Below are positions 1 through 9,527 of a stretch of DNA of 64,000 nt, piece after piece. A program made the translations under genes and the position numbers. Below the pieces are notes generated by a model that was not told where the DNA came from, ran no database searches, and was given only the letters and a program-made list of their open reading frames with translations. Positions within the stretch are counted from its first letter, which is position 1, and every line of letters starts with the position of its first letter. The stretch is taken from positions 96,001 to 160,000 of the forward strand of contig JAJYUZ010000001.1 in NCBI GenBank assembly GCA_021792255.1. The letters are read 5' to 3'. The stretch is from Thermoplasmata archaeon (GTDB lineage Archaea > Thermoplasmatota > Thermoplasmata > Thermoplasmatales > GCA-001856825).

Positions 1-132
1 CAATATCTTTTTCTCTTTATTAGAAGATATTACCTCGCACAAATTTCTCAGAAGAGCCTGGTTTACTTTTCTATAGTTGGCTTTGTCAGTTATGACACTT
101 CCTCCGAGCTTTATCACATTCACTCTTTGCAA
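1..132 (-). CDS. Isopentenyl phosphate kinase / amino-acid kinase family, 5' part only (runs off the window start)
   Basis: Minus-strand translation from TTG at 132 gives MQRVNVIKLGGSVITDKANYRKVN..., with the IKLGGSVITDK motif typical of IPK. GGAGG RBS upstream. Not in the ORF track. Confidence 0.8.
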   Translation of the reverse strand, partial: MQRVNVIKLGGSVITDKANYRKVNQALLRNLCEVISSNKEKKIL

Positions 133-191
133 TTTCCTCCAAATAATTAAAATCATGGAAGATTGTATATTAGTGAAACAATTGTACCGTT

Positions 192-1184
192 ATGCCTTTG
201 GACGTTTCAATGTTCAGGTACGTCGAATCGATTCCTGACGGAACCATTGACCTCGCTTCGAGTGCAATGAGAGGTATGAACCCTGATGGTCTCGGTGGGA
301 CAGAAATAGAAGAACAGATTGCCAAATTGTACGGCGTCGAAAAAGAGCAGGTAATCGTCACTCCTTCGAACACATTTGCATCTTTCTTCACTCTATATCA
401 TCTGAGAAAGAAAATTTCGTCCTTGGTCACTATAACTCCAGAGTACCCCGCTTATTATTATCAAGCGAGGGAGATCGGAATAACGGCATCTCTTGATAAC
501 AGGGTTTCTTCAGAGGGTGTGGACTTATCTCCGTGGGATGTCGACGAAAAAACGGGATATTTTATTAGTAACCCGAACAATCCTACAGGCCTTTCGTGGA
601 GTGAAGAGAGCATTAAATCGATCGCAAGAGAAACGGAAGGAAATGAATCCTACCTTGTGATTGATGATACGTTTTCCTTTTTCAATGGAACATTTCCACG
701 GCGACTTGAGACAGGGAATACTATAATTCTAGGCTCGGTCTCTAAATTTTTTGGAGATTCAGGCATAAAGATGGGGTGGATAGTAAGTGGGAAACAGATA
801 ATACAAGAAATGAGGGAGCGCATCGGAATCATCGTCCCTGTCATTTCTAATAACGTAAAGAGAAGGGGAAGCTATCTACTAAGCAACATAAATGTGTTCA
901 AGGATTATAACAAGAAAAAGTTGGATGAAAATTCTAAGATTCTTTTCGAGAATTTTGATGAATATATTTTGGGTTACAGAGGAAGCGTCATAAATGCCAT
1001 CTCCGTGGGAGGGGACTCGACAAAATTTTCACTCTCTCTCATGACAGAAGGAGTGGCAACAGTTCCTGGTTATTACTTTGGTACTGACTCTCTAGTGAGG
1101 ATCGGCATCGGAACCGAAGATTCTGAGAGGACAGAAAAGGGAGTCAAAATTATTGCGAGGAGACTGTCGGACTGGTCGAGGTGA
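192..1184 (+). CDS. PLP-dependent aminotransferase class I/II family
   Basis: SNPNNPTG, VIDDTF, GSVSKFFG (PLP lysine), VPGYYFG and VRIGIG motifs. Confidence 0.85.
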   Translation: MPLDVSMFRYVESIPDGTIDLASSAMRGMNPDGLGGTEIEEQIAKLYGVEKEQVIVTPSNTFASFFTLYHLRKKISSLVTITPEYPAYYYQAREIGITASLDNRVSSEGVDLSPWDVDEKTGYFISNPNNPTGLSWSEESIKSIARETEGNESYLVIDDTFSFFNGTFPRRLETGNTIILGSVSKFFGDSGIKMGWIVSGKQIIQEMRERIGIIVPVISNNVKRRGSYLLSNINVFKDYNKKKLDENSKILFENFDEYILGYRGSVINAISVGGDSTKFSLSLMTEGVATVPGYYFGTDSLVRIGIGTEDSERTEKGVKIIARRLSDWSR

Positions 1185-2623
1185 AGATGGATCCTGTTGG
1201 AATCCTATACGGAGATATCCATCCAACGGTCGTAAATTGCTCAGTAATGGGAAAGTTGAGACAGGGAGATTATGTCAGAATAAAACACCAGGAGGACGGC
1301 TGGGTTTTAGGGAAGGTAGATTCCATTGAAGCGAAGACCAACCTTTCAATTGAGAAATCGTACAAGATAATGGAAGGTAGCAATGTAGAGATACAGCAAG
1401 CGGTCTCGGCTCAGATAGTCATAATAGGTTATCTAGATCAAAAGAGAATCCTGCAATACCCGCGAACTCCCTTCCTGGCTGGAACACCAGTGTATTTAGC
1501 AGACGACGAATTCATAGCGTCCACCTTAAACATAAGCGCCGGAAAGAAGGGAAGAGCCTACGTGGGCCTGATTTATGGGCACAGCATTCCTTTTTCAATA
1601 GACATTAATGCCATGGTCCAGAAGCACATTTCAGTGATGGCAAAGACCGGTGGGGGGAAGAGCTACCTTACGGGTGTTATAGTCGAGGAACTCATAAAGA
1701 ACGATGTGACTGTTGTAATCATAGATCCTCATGGAGAATATGGATCAATGAAGAAGAAAGCATCGGATACCGACGAAATGAAGAGATTCTCCATTCGTCC
1801 GGGTTCCTATGGAGAGAAGATAATAACGTTTGCGCCCGAACGTGGTGACGAAAAGCTCACATTCACTCTTTCACAAATCAACGTTAAAGAGTTAGTCAGC
1901 ATAATGAATTTGTCCGATCCAAAGTCTTATGTTTTGCCTCTAAGAAAAGCAATCGACGCAATCAGACTTTCGAGCAAGGACTATGATTTTGATGATATCA
2001 CAAAAGAGTTGAAGAGACAGGATGATTCGTCCTTGTCTCAGACTCTTGAGAAGGAATTACTGTACCTCAAGTCTCTCAACGTTCTGGGAAAGCGGGGATT
2101 GAGGGTGGACGAACTGGTCGTGAAGGGCAAAGTGTCGATTATCGAAATGAAGGGGCTCCCTCCAGACGTGCAGGAGCTGATTGTGCAGAGGCTCTTGTAT
2201 GCTCTTTTCGAGGCAAGAAAGAAAGATCGGATACCCCCTCTTCTCACTGTCGTAGAGGAGGCGCACAATTTTGCACCACAACAGGGAAAGGCATTCTCGT
2301 CGAAGATAATGAGGACGGTTGCTTCCGAAGGTAGAAAATTTGGATTTGGATTGCTGGTAGTCTCTCAGCGGCCTGCAAAAATTGACAAGAACGTGCTATC
2401 CCAGTGCGGAACTCAATTGATCTTAAAAGTCACAAATCCTAACGACCTGAAGGCGATAGGAAATTCGGTCGAGGGTCTTACAACTTCCTCTCTCGACGAA
2501 ATACAGAGGCTTCCAGTTGGAATCTCTCTTATCGCGTCTCCGGACCTCCCAATTCCACTCTTTGTTGAGGTTCGTCCAAGAGAGACGGACGATGGAGGAA
2601 AGAATGTGAGGGTCGTTAAATGA
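1181..2623 (+). CDS. HerA/FtsK-family ATPase (HAS barrel + DUF87)
   Basis: N-terminal HAS-barrel-like region, Walker A AKTGGGKS, IIDPHGEY, Walker B VEEAHNF, EGRKFG, SQRPA. Confidence 0.9.
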   Translation: MKMDPVGILYGDIHPTVVNCSVMGKLRQGDYVRIKHQEDGWVLGKVDSIEAKTNLSIEKSYKIMEGSNVEIQQAVSAQIVIIGYLDQKRILQYPRTPFLAGTPVYLADDEFIASTLNISAGKKGRAYVGLIYGHSIPFSIDINAMVQKHISVMAKTGGGKSYLTGVIVEELIKNDVTVVIIDPHGEYGSMKKKASDTDEMKRFSIRPGSYGEKIITFAPERGDEKLTFTLSQINVKELVSIMNLSDPKSYVLPLRKAIDAIRLSSKDYDFDDITKELKRQDDSSLSQTLEKELLYLKSLNVLGKRGLRVDELVVKGKVSIIEMKGLPPDVQELIVQRLLYALFEARKKDRIPPLLTVVEEAHNFAPQQGKAFSSKIMRTVASEGRKFGFGLLVVSQRPAKIDKNVLSQCGTQLILKVTNPNDLKAIGNSVEGLTTSSLDEIQRLPVGISLIASPDLPIPLFVEVRPRETDDGGKNVRVVK

Positions 2624-2904
2624 CGATCCAGGAGAGGTGCAAGAAATATCTGGAGATGACAAGTGAGGCACTTAGGCTGGTAAAGATCTCTCCATCAAAG
2701 GAAAGTTTTCTGAACAAGGTGGCAACGGACTTCATTGAAATGTGCAACAACTACCTCAAGGATGCCACTTTCTTTTACGAGAAGGGCGATTATGAAAACT
2801 CCCTAGCTGCAAGTTCGTATGCGTACGCCTGGCTTGATGCCGGGGTACGACTAGGAATCCTCAGCGCGACTGGTGACTATAAGCGATTTACTCAGTATTC
2901 TTAA
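2620..2904 (+). CDS. DUF357 family protein
   Basis: YLKDATFF...ALAASSYAYAWLDAGVRLG-type signature. ATGA overlap with the HerA gene. Confidence 0.8.
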   Translation: MTIQERCKKYLEMTSEALRLVKISPSKESFLNKVATDFIEMCNNYLKDATFFYEKGDYENSLAASSYAYAWLDAGVRLGILSATGDYKRFTQYS

Positions 2905-3221
2905 CGAAATGTACTATAGTCGTATATCAAATCTATTAGTCTTTTGCTGGTGACGTCGTCAATTATTCCTTCGTTCTTTTTGACCAAGACATAATCTCTT
3001 GCTTCCAGTACTCCATTTTTTGCAGCCTTTGCATAAACGGATCCTATAACTCCTCCTCTGACACTTTCTGGAAGATCTTTCAAGCACTTTCCTAAGAGAA
3101 ATCTGAACTCCTCATTTTTTCTCATGTTGAGTTTTCTTAACTTTCTCTTCGTCTCTATACCATCTGCGTTCGTAGGGGTTCGATTTACCTCCATCTGTTG
3201 GTAAAGATTAATCCGTAACAT
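2901..3221 (-). CDS. Hypothetical basic protein (true start may be downstream)
   Basis: 106-aa ORF convergent with DUF357, with protein-like composition. No family recognised. Confidence 0.6.
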   Translation of the reverse strand: MLRINLYQQMEVNRTPTNADGIETKRKLRKLNMRKNEEFRFLLGKCLKDLPESVRGGVIGSVYAKAAKNGVLEARDYVLVKKNEGIIDDVTSKRLIDLIYDYSTFR

Positions 3222-3426
3222 TTAAATATTTCTGTAATGCGTCTAAGTCTAATATCCCCTGAAATCAAGGAGTAGGGTAATCTGTATTCTCACAAGAGCG
3301 CACTTATTCACCGTCGAACGGTAAGCACTCTCCATTCCAGTTCGTTTCACCGGCAATGTGTGATTTGATAAGGCTTAAATTGGATTCACGTACTGGCAAA
3401 TAATTTATTGTAAATTGGCTTAGGCA

Positions 3427-5805
3427 TTGGTGACGGAGGCTGTAAGAAAAAGGCACATCTTCTACTCAAGCGGAGCAGCAAGAGCTTTTTCGGTCATCGA
3501 AGGAGAAGATGCTCAAGGAATAGTCGACCTAATCAAGGAGATGTCATCTTCAGTGAACGTCAAAATAATGCCTGAAGAAGAAAGTCTTGTGATCCTTCTC
3601 AAATCGGGTGCTTCGGTAGACGATCTGCGTACAATGAAGATACTCCAGAATTTTCTCAAGATAATAGGAGAGACATCAAAGGTCCATAAGCTGGTGGCAG
3701 AAGACATTTCGGAAAAAAAGATAGAGAAATATAGCGAAATAACTCTGAATTATTATAAATTAATTTCTGAGCTAGGAAAGAGTGAATTGGAAGATTTTAC
3801 CGAATTCATGAATTTATTCCCGCTGAAATACGATCTGTCAGAGGACTACATTAGCCACCTGCCTTCATTCCTCAAACCTTATTATGGGCTGTTCAAGAAA
3901 CGTGAGGACCCTCCCAAAAGGAAGAGCAAAATCTCAAAAAGAAGATTTCCCGATTATTCGACTGAAATGAGGTGGATCGCCAGAGACATCTTGTTCAAAA
4001 ATGGCACCACAGGCATCGTCGTACCGGACGATTATTTAGTGGTAGGTTTAGTCAGAGAACTGGAACTATATGGAATCAACCCCAGCGTGACTACCCCAGT
4101 CTCTGAAATATTGCTGAATGACGTGCCTTACAACTTTGTCGTTTCAGCGCTCAAGTGCATAGACGAAAATTTTTCGTACGAGACAGTCATTTCTTTATTA
4201 GAAAATCCTTTCTCAGGAATAGATCCGGTCAAGACGTACGACATAAAGGACCAGTGTTACGAAAAAAACATAACGAAGGGTATAGAAGACTGGAAGACCT
4301 TGTTCCACGACTTAAAAGTTAATGGGAATATTTTGGTAGATCTAGAATTATTATCCGAAGTAATATCTAATAAGGACGGCCTTTTTGACTTGGTCAGATT
4401 TGTCGATAAATATCTGGGAGAGAGAAGCTATCCCAGCAGAATGCTGGGTATTCTTCTTTCCGCCTACGAAGGCTATTCGAACGATGTAGCTGAGTTAATC
4501 AATGATCTCGAGTCGATGAAGTACATACCGAAGGTGAACATTGTCGGAGGTACGGATGTCTGGATTGGAAAGCCCCTCGACTTGCTGGGAATTCCGCTGA
4601 ACAACCTTTACCTTGCGGGGTTGGATGCGGCGTCGTCCCTTCGAGCATTCCCGGAAGAGGCAAGAGACTTTTTGGTGAGAACCGGGCTTGGTGGTGCCTT
4701 TGAAGACGTGGTAGAAAGTGCATACCTATCCTTAATTGAACGGGCGGAGAACGTTAACCTGAGCTATTCTACAATGGATGAAAAACTCTCCTATACGGAA
4801 TCAACTTCGTTCTATGATGGAATTGCAGCCGACGAGGAGTATATTCAGAGAGAGACGGCATTCTTGCCGCAGAGTCCAGTTACTCGATGGGAGATGGGGA
4901 AAGAAAACAGAGTTTCCAACAGATACCTGCTTGATGAAGGGCTGATAAAGTCCAGAATAGATAAACCGATTTATCCGACGCTTATAGAAAATTACGCAGG
5001 GTGCCACTTTAAGGGTTTCGTCAACGGGATGTTGAGTATAGACGATATTGACTCTCCCAGAGAATTCCTTGATCCTCGAACAACTGGAACTTTGACGCAC
5101 AGGATCCTTGAGAAGTTCTATTCCACAGAAACATCTCCGGCAGAATTTGGAAAGTCAGCAGATTCTTACATCAGAGGCGAGATCAACAAGGAAAAATACG
5201 AATCTAGAATCGAGGCACTGAAATTCTACAGGGACAGATATCTCATGAGTGGGAGATTGGTAAGATTCTTCCTGATGGATGTGAGACACTCACTTGAACT
5301 GGGAAGAAAGACTGTACAGAAGGAATTTCATTTTCCGACCGCCGAGCAACAGGTGTTTTACAATTTCGGAGAGAAAAAGATCAGCATCGGTGGTTACGTC
5401 GATAGGGTTGACGAAGATAAAGGAGGTTTTTGCATCATAGATTATAAGAGTTCGCTGTACGGCTATCCAAAGAACGATCTGTGTGACGAGAGGCACAACA
5501 AGATCCAACTTTTTTTCTACAAACTTGGAGTGGAGTCGATTCTCAAAAAGAAGGTGAGTGCCGCTGCCTACGTTTCATTCAGAGACATAAACGATGGATT
5601 CAGCACTGCGGGTTTTTTCAACTCAATTCCTAACGAACAAGCACAATTGCAGAAGTGCAGGGAAATAGTAGATCCCGTGCTTGAAGACTTCGTGAGCGGA
5701 GACTGCGATCCAGTTGTCAAGGAAGGAGAAAGCCTCTGGAAATGCGAAAACGAACTGTTCTGTTCCCTACTGAGCATTTGCAGGGTCCAGGAAAGGAGAT
5801 GGTGA
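3427..5805 (+). CDS. AddB-like protein: degenerate helicase scaffold + C-terminal PD-(D/E)XK (RecB-family) nuclease with putative 4Fe-4S staple
   Basis: NYAGCHF, GTLTHRILE, GYVDRVD, IIDYKS, QLFFY and C-terminal CENELFCSLLSIC. Lies 1 nt upstream of a UvrD-family helicase. Confidence 0.85.
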   Translation: MVTEAVRKRHIFYSSGAARAFSVIEGEDAQGIVDLIKEMSSSVNVKIMPEEESLVILLKSGASVDDLRTMKILQNFLKIIGETSKVHKLVAEDISEKKIEKYSEITLNYYKLISELGKSELEDFTEFMNLFPLKYDLSEDYISHLPSFLKPYYGLFKKREDPPKRKSKISKRRFPDYSTEMRWIARDILFKNGTTGIVVPDDYLVVGLVRELELYGINPSVTTPVSEILLNDVPYNFVVSALKCIDENFSYETVISLLENPFSGIDPVKTYDIKDQCYEKNITKGIEDWKTLFHDLKVNGNILVDLELLSEVISNKDGLFDLVRFVDKYLGERSYPSRMLGILLSAYEGYSNDVAELINDLESMKYIPKVNIVGGTDVWIGKPLDLLGIPLNNLYLAGLDAASSLRAFPEEARDFLVRTGLGGAFEDVVESAYLSLIERAENVNLSYSTMDEKLSYTESTSFYDGIAADEEYIQRETAFLPQSPVTRWEMGKENRVSNRYLLDEGLIKSRIDKPIYPTLIENYAGCHFKGFVNGMLSIDDIDSPREFLDPRTTGTLTHRILEKFYSTETSPAEFGKSADSYIRGEINKEKYESRIEALKFYRDRYLMSGRLVRFFLMDVRHSLELGRKTVQKEFHFPTAEQQVFYNFGEKKISIGGYVDRVDEDKGGFCIIDYKSSLYGYPKNDLCDERHNKIQLFFYKLGVESILKKKVSAAAYVSFRDINDGFSTAGFFNSIPNEQAQLQKCREIVDPVLEDFVSGDCDPVVKEGESLWKCENELFCSLLSICRVQERRW

Positions 5806-5806
5806 A

Positions 5807-8146
5807 ATGAGCGGCGACTACGTTTCTGCTGTCCCCGGATCTGGAAAGACCGAGACTCTCATCAACAAGTGTTATGAACTGATGGAGGAAGAAGGCGTAG
5901 AAAACGTTGTCGCAATAACATTTACCGATCGCGCATCAGAAGAACTCGTCGAACGGTTGAAGAAAAGAGCACTGAAGGAAGGAAAGTCAGAATTGGTAAG
6001 ACAACTTCCGACTTCAAACGTAGGGACCATCCACAATTTCTGCTCAAAAATCGTAAGAAAATACGGTTCAGAAATAGGTATACCGTGGAACTTCAGAGTG
6101 ATGGATGAACTTGAATCTTTTAACATGCTGGAAAGGAGCGTGAGGAACTTTATAATAAATACTAGGAATGCGAACAAAGTAACGGAGAAAGGGTTACTTC
6201 TGGGCAGAATGTTAGAAGAGTTCGGAACGGACGTCGAACAAGTCATAAAAGACTGTACTGAGGTGATGGAGGCACAGAAGGGGTACCTTGATTATATGAT
6301 GCTCACAAACCGAAGTTTCTATACAATGTACAGATTGGAATCATTTGACGAAGCCGTCATGAAGGAAGTATCTTCCAGATTGCGGATATCTTTGATACCC
6401 AGTTTGCTGTCTCTCCTCTCATCCTTCGTGAGCGAATATCAGGCCATAAAACGAAAGGCAAGACTAATGGATTTCGACGACCTTTTATTATACACCCTCA
6501 AAGTCATGGACGTGAGGGGAGAAGAGGTAGCCAAGAAGTACAAGTACATACTGGTCGACGAGTTTCAGGACACCGATGAACTACAGATCGCATTATTCAA
6601 TAAGTTCTTGGAGAACGATTCTACTTTTTTCGTCGTCGGTGATCTCAATCAGAGTATCTACTCGTTCAGAGGGGCGCACCCGGGAGCTCAACGGAACTTT
6701 TCGGACAGAATTTCCAACCAAATCACTCTGAAGACAAATAGGAGAAGTGGAAAGAATCTCATCACCTTCTTCAATAAATTTTTCCCCACATTGATAGAGT
6801 ACGAGCCGATGGAAGGCTCTTCAGATCACTTGGGTGGAGCTTATCTTCATATTGAGGATGACAAACTCCTCGCGGTAGCCGAAATTATCAAAATGAAGAT
6901 AAGGGAGGGAAAACTCCCGGGTAAGATTGCGGTCCTTAGCAGAACTTCGTCGGATTTCTTTAATTTAAAAAGATATCTGAAAAGAGAGGGTATAGATTGC
7001 GTTCTCATTTCGGGGGAGTCGATATTGAAGTCGCAGGAGGGACTAGACGTGCTCTCCCTGGTCCGGTACTTAGCTGACCCTGGAGATCAGGTCGCTCAAG
7101 CATCACTCCTTTTCTCCCCAATGTTCAGTATGAACGTATCAGACTTAATGCGATCAAAAGACAAACTTGGAGAAGTTTTGGAGACGAAGCTTGGCAAGTA
7201 CAGACAGGAAGTTAGGGACGAAAGAATCGATTTCCTGATTAACAGAATCATGCTCAAGGAAGAGTACACTTCCAACCTGCTTGGAACTATCGACGGAAGA
7301 GAAAGGGTGGATAGGCTCTACAGAATTCTTGAGCTTATCTCTTCTCACGTCTCTGCGTATGGAGGCAACGTATATTCCTTGGTAGAGTGGTTGCAGAACG
7401 CTAGCAACAGTAAGGAAAGTGGCCCGATTGAGGATCTGCTTGAGGATCAGTCCAGAGTGAAGATTATGACGATTCATCAGGCAAAGGGGCTGGAGTTCGA
7501 CTCAGTAATAATTTATGATTTGCGACCGGGAGTGGACAGGGAGAAGTACTATGCAGACGAATACGTTGGAATCGTCGCAAAGAGAGAAAAAGATTTTATC
7601 ACCTCACCCAGCAAAAAAATAATTGGCAAGAGTGAAAGACACAGCTTCTCTCTGAATGAAGAATCTAGAATACTGTACGTTGCATTTACTAGAGCGAAGA
7701 GTGATCTGCATTTCGTCTTTTCCGAAAAGGATCTGAAGGATGAGAGAAATGCGAAGAAAGCAGATGATTTGATCTCTCTCTTCCAAAGGACTATAGGTCT
7801 CTGGAAAGAAAGCGATCCGAAGGGGAGAGAGGAGGCCATTTCTAAGATGTCACTGATCTCTTCTAAGATTTCAAAGACTTCACCACTAGAACAGAAAAAA
7901 ATAGATCAGAGTGTTTCCGAATTACCGAAACTGAACGATATTCGGCCGTACACTCAAAACGACGATGACAATGAGCAGGCAATCGTACAATTTCTCAAGG
8001 GAAAAGGAGATAAGATCAAAGAGTTCAGGCTGTACTCCAATGGATCTAGAGTGACAATAACAGAAATGGGCCTAAAGATTTATGAGGATATCTCAACGCC
8101 AAACAACTATTTCGTGAAAAATGGGGAGATAAAATTCATCCTTTAG
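5807..8146 (+). CDS. AddA/UvrD-like superfamily 1 helicase
   Basis: AVPGSGKT, AITFT, GTIHNFC, VDEFQDTD, VGDLNQSIYSFRGA, TNRRS, MTIHQAKGLEF, ILYVAFTRAK. Confidence 0.92.
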   Translation: MSGDYVSAVPGSGKTETLINKCYELMEEEGVENVVAITFTDRASEELVERLKKRALKEGKSELVRQLPTSNVGTIHNFCSKIVRKYGSEIGIPWNFRVMDELESFNMLERSVRNFIINTRNANKVTEKGLLLGRMLEEFGTDVEQVIKDCTEVMEAQKGYLDYMMLTNRSFYTMYRLESFDEAVMKEVSSRLRISLIPSLLSLLSSFVSEYQAIKRKARLMDFDDLLLYTLKVMDVRGEEVAKKYKYILVDEFQDTDELQIALFNKFLENDSTFFVVGDLNQSIYSFRGAHPGAQRNFSDRISNQITLKTNRRSGKNLITFFNKFFPTLIEYEPMEGSSDHLGGAYLHIEDDKLLAVAEIIKMKIREGKLPGKIAVLSRTSSDFFNLKRYLKREGIDCVLISGESILKSQEGLDVLSLVRYLADPGDQVAQASLLFSPMFSMNVSDLMRSKDKLGEVLETKLGKYRQEVRDERIDFLINRIMLKEEYTSNLLGTIDGRERVDRLYRILELISSHVSAYGGNVYSLVEWLQNASNSKESGPIEDLLEDQSRVKIMTIHQAKGLEFDSVIIYDLRPGVDREKYYADEYVGIVAKREKDFITSPSKKIIGKSERHSFSLNEESRILYVAFTRAKSDLHFVFSEKDLKDERNAKKADDLISLFQRTIGLWKESDPKGREEAISKMSLISSKISKTSPLEQKKIDQSVSELPKLNDIRPYTQNDDDNEQAIVQFLKGKGDKIKEFRLYSNGSRVTITEMGLKIYEDISTPNNYFVKNGEIKFIL

Positions 8147-8244
8147 CACTTACTCTGGGGGACATTCATAGCCTTCGTCAAGTCCATCCAACAAATCATG
8201 TGACGAGTATGCCTGTTGGATAAGGATAACGGTCCCACCTTTGA

Positions 8245-8260
8245 GAGAGATTTTATATTT
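8245..8260 (+). promoter_or_regulatory. BRE/TATA promoter of tRNA-Glu
   Basis: Purine-rich GAGAGA followed by TTTTATATTT, about 20-25 nt upstream of the tRNA 5' end. Confidence 0.6.
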
Positions 8261-8277
8261 TTATCGAATTAGGCTTA

Positions 8278-8352
8278 GCTCCGGTAGTGTAGACCGGCCA
8301 AGCATATGGGGCTCTCAATCCCACGACCCGGGTCCAAATCCCGGCCGGAGCA
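8278..8352 (+). tRNA. tRNA-Glu (anticodon CTC), no intron, CCA not encoded
   Basis: Acceptor stem GCTCCGG/CCGGAGC. Anticodon arm TGGGG-CTCTCAA-TCCCA with CTC at 8314-8316. T arm CCGGG-TCCAAAT-CCCGG. Confidence 0.95.
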
Positions 8353-8522
8353 TTGGTGAGAAGGGATAACAATGGAGTCAGCTGTATAGTGCAGAACATT
8401 TCACTTTGGTGACTGATCTCGATAATTACAGCCTTAAGCACGATATCGAGAGACTTTGTGAAAATGTCCTGGGAGAATCAACGGGCAAAAACATTTAACT
8501 CAATAAGGGTGTTCAATGATGA

Positions 8523-9527
8523 ATGAGCGGGAGAATTGGTATAGGAATCGTGGGTATCGGTGGGATTTCAGTCATTCACGAGGCTGCGTATCAAGAAGAC
8601 CCAAGGACAAAAATTGTCGCTTTGTGCGACACCAACAAGGAAGTACTTAAAGAGAGGGCAAAACAAATCTCAGTAAAAGCGTACGAAAGCTACCAGGATC
8701 TAATCAACGATTCGGAAGTTGAGGCAATCGACGTGTGTTTGCCACACTATCTTCACCATAAAGTTGCAAGATATGCAATTGAACGTGGCAAGAATGTGCA
8801 GTTGGAAAAGCCAATTACGATGAATTACGTCGATGCAGTAGATTTAGTTAATCTGGCAAAAGAAAAAGGGGTCAAACTGTCGGTTTCAGAAAACACGCGG
8901 TTTGTCAAGTCTTACCAACAGGTTAAGAGACTTCTTGTTTCCGGGAAGATAGGTGAGATATGGCAAGTGAGAACTCTGATTGCGGGAAGCGAAGTTGAGA
9001 GACTTTCTAACAAGAATGGTTGGATTGCCAAGAAAGAATATGGGGGAGGAATTGTCATGGATGCCGGGGTTCATACCTTCTATCTCTTCAAGTGGCTCTT
9101 CGGGGGCCTGAGGTCCGTTCAGTCAATCCTCTGGAATAGAATAGAGGGAACTGAGGTGGAAGATAACGCCATAATGTATGGTATACTGGAAAATGGCTCC
9201 CAATTCCAGGCACAGCTTAGCGACACTGCTCAGAGTCCTTGGACAGAGAGACTTGAGATATACGGCAGCGGAGGTGCAATTATCAGCGATCAGTTGTCTG
9301 ATCCACCTTTAAAAATCTACAACGGATGGATGGATAGTGAGGGAGAGAAAGTTGCAGAAGTTGAATACAATCCTGCCGGATGGAAGGCTATTTCAATTAT
9401 GGATGGCATTCACGATTTTGTCTCAGCGATCGTCGATGATAGACCGCCTACGGTAGACCCATCTGATGCGGCTTACGCAGTCAGGATTGCAGAAATGGCT
9501 TATTCAAACTCATCGATGATCCAATGA
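8523..9527 (+). CDS. Gfo/Idh/MocA family NAD(P)-dependent oxidoreductase
   Basis: GIVGIGGI Rossmann motif, LEKPI, GGIVMDAGVH. Confidence 0.92.
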   Translation: MSGRIGIGIVGIGGISVIHEAAYQEDPRTKIVALCDTNKEVLKERAKQISVKAYESYQDLINDSEVEAIDVCLPHYLHHKVARYAIERGKNVQLEKPITMNYVDAVDLVNLAKEKGVKLSVSENTRFVKSYQQVKRLLVSGKIGEIWQVRTLIAGSEVERLSNKNGWIAKKEYGGGIVMDAGVHTFYLFKWLFGGLRSVQSILWNRIEGTEVEDNAIMYGILENGSQFQAQLSDTAQSPWTERLEIYGSGGAIISDQLSDPPLKIYNGWMDSEGEKVAEVEYNPAGWKAISIMDGIHDFVSAIVDDRPPTVDPSDAAYAVRIAEMAYSNSSMIQ

